From Torpedo marmorata (taxonomy: Eukaryota), in assembly GCA_977017645.1 (NCBI GenBank), contig OZ360233.1, forward strand, positions 25,296,001 through 25,360,000: DNA of 64,000 nt, read 5' to 3'. Below, in pieces: positions 61,645 to 64,000 of this stretch (positions are counted from its first letter, which is position 1; each line of letters begins with the position of its first letter). Position numbers and translations under genes: made by a program. The notes under the pieces are model-generated. The model did no database searches. It worked only from the letters and a program-made list of their open reading frames with translations, and was not told where the DNA came from.

Positions 61645-64000
61645 TTTTTATTTTTTATAATTTTATTTAAATTTTAAAATCACAAAATACATAAGTCAAA
61701 AATAGTATATTATTCAAAATACATGTGATATATTACCTCCCCCCTCCCACCCTCCCCTCCCCAACCCCCCCAGCACTATTCTAAAAAAAAAAGAAAAAAA
61801 AATGTTAGTTATAAAGAAAAAAAAGAAAGAAATGAATAATAAAGAATTAAAGAGTTAAAGTGAGGAGAAAACAAATTACAAACTAATTCTATTTATATAT
61901 TGGAGGTTATTTTTGCCAGCGGTACCAACTTCTAGAGAATTAATTCATACCTATAATTCTCATATATGGGCTCCAAATTTTCAAAAAGAAATGATAATTA
62001 TTCCGTAAATTATACGTAATTTTTTCCAATGGTATACAAGAACGTAATTCTGCATGTAATCTATCTAAATTCATATCTAAATCTGATTTCCAAGTAATAG
62101 CGATACATTTTTTTGAAACCGCTAAGACAATTCGTAAAAATTCTAGTTGATACATATTCAATCTATTTCTAATACTAAATTTTTTAATATCTCCAAATAA
62201 AAATAACATAGGGTCCATTGGAACCGTAATATTAAAAATTCTATCCAAAAAATCTTTAACTTTAGACCAAAAATTTTGAATTTTTAAACATGACCATGTA
62301 CAATGTACAAAAGAACCTATTTCATCCTTACATCTAAAACACATATCTGATAGTGCCGGATTAAATTTCTTTAATTTTTAGGTGTTAAATATAATTGATG
62401 AAAAAAATTATATTGTACTAATCTATATCTAACATTAATAATTTTAGTCATACTCAATTTACATAAATCTTTCCAATGTTTTTCATCTATACTAATATTT
62501 AAATCTGATTCCCATCTTAATCTTGATTTATGAAATCCTACCTTCGGCATTTTTCTCTGAAGTAATTTATACATTTGTGATATAAATTTGTTAACATTTC
62601 CATTCGTAATTAATAATTCTAATCCATCCTGACTTGGAGTTATTAATTGATTCCCCAATTTCTCAACTAAAAATCCTCTAACCTGATAGTAAGCCAAAAT
62701 TGTATTATCCATTATTCCAAATTTTTCTTTCAACCTAGAGAATGTAACAAATCTTCCAGCCTCAAAACAATCTTTAATCTTCTTAATTCCTTTTTGAAAC
62801 CATAGTTTTAAAAATTGATTATCAATAGAAAAAGGTAACAATAAATTCTGATATAATGGCATATTCAGAGACAATGACCCTTTTCGTCCTATCTCGTCGT
62901 CTAACTGAGTCCAGATTTCCAATAAATGTTTAATAATCGGTGATTTTTTCTTTTTAACTAATAATAATTTAGAATTCCATTTATAAATAATATCTTCTTT
63001 ATATCTCTCCCCTATATTATTCAATTCTATATTAATCCAAGCAGTAGATTTAGTTAAATCAAAAAAATCATTAATAAACTTTAATTGAGCTGCCTTATAA
63101 TATTGAAAATTGGGGAGTTGTAATCCACCCATCTCATATTCCCAAGTTAATTTATCCATACTTACTCTTGCTAATTTTCCTTTCCATAGAAATTTTCTAA
63201 TAATAGTTTTTAAATCTTTAAAAAATCTTTGAGGAATTCCAAAAGGAATGGATTGAAAAAGATATTGAACTCTTGGAAAAATATTCATTTTAATACAATT
63301 CACTCTTCCCATTAAGGTAATAGGTAAATCTTTCCAATTCTCCAAATCTTTCTTTATTTTCTGAAATAAAGGTACATAATTTAATTTATATAAATTTTCC
63401 AATTTTGTATCTACTTTAACTCCCAGATATTTAATTCCTTCTTTAGCCCATTTAAATCCTGTAACTTCTTTGCATTTAGTATAATCTCCTTGAGATAAAG
63501 CCATTGTTTCACTCTTATCTGAATTTATTTTGTAACCAGATATCTCACCATACTCCCTCAATATCTTAGCTAATTGTTGAAGCGATCCAATAGATTTCGT
63601 CATATATATTAATACATCATCTGCAAATAAACTAATTTTATGTTCTTCTGCACCCACTTTAATCCCATTTATATTAATATCTTTCCTAATCACTTCAGCC
63701 AACGGCTCTATTGCCAATACAAATAAAGCAGGTGATAAAGGGCATCCTTGTCTTGTTGACCTCAACAAAGGAAATTTAGATGATATCTGACCATTTGTAA
63801 TTACTCTAGCTGTAGGTTCTTTATATATAGTTTTAATCCAATTTATAAAAGTATTCCCAAATCCATATTTCTCTAAAACCTTAAATAAAAAATTCCATTC
63901 TAATCTATCAAATGCTTTTTCTGCGTCTAATGTTATCACCAACGGCAAATCCTGTTTCCTTTTTTGCAAGTTAATTAAACTTATTAATCTTGCTATATTA
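61645..64000 (-). mobile_element. L1 LINE 3' part, runs off the window
   Basis: ORFs 62371-63969 and 61940-62344 near-identical to the other L1 ORF2s; poly-T and 3'UTR from about 61645. Confidence 0.95.

Noticed and set aside
32762-64000. Transmembrane exon
   Set aside because: No segment resembling an Ig TM (W-T-T...F-I-x-L-F...V-K) found by eye; probably beyond the window, though a short exon could have been missed

Overview
Vertebrate genomic DNA, very probably a cartilaginous fish (shark or ray; inferred from the Ig cluster layout and the CR1/V-SINE/Penelope-type repeats). The + strand carries one apparently intact IgW (IgD-lineage) heavy-chain cluster: leader, V with a 23-bp RSS, a D already fused to J behind a single 12-bp RSS, CH1, CH2, a Cys-rich short-form secretory exon, then CH3, CH4, CH5 and CH6 with the long-form secretory tail. 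All these exons are open and have phase-1 junctions. Downstream lies an old duplicate of the CH3-CH6 block. Its CH5 and CH6 copies have decayed, while its CH3+CH4 pair is conserved and tandemly triplicated (about 1.87 kb unit), which may encode an extended membrane or alternative IgW isoform. No TM exon was found in the window. The J-CH1 intron holds a strand-biased minisatellite rich in WGCW motifs. The rest is mobile DNA: a Gmr1-type Gypsy LTR element with a nested L1, several nested L1 and CR1 LINEs, SINEs and a hAT MITE. All alignments and identities were made by eye; family names rest on recalled motifs, not database searches.
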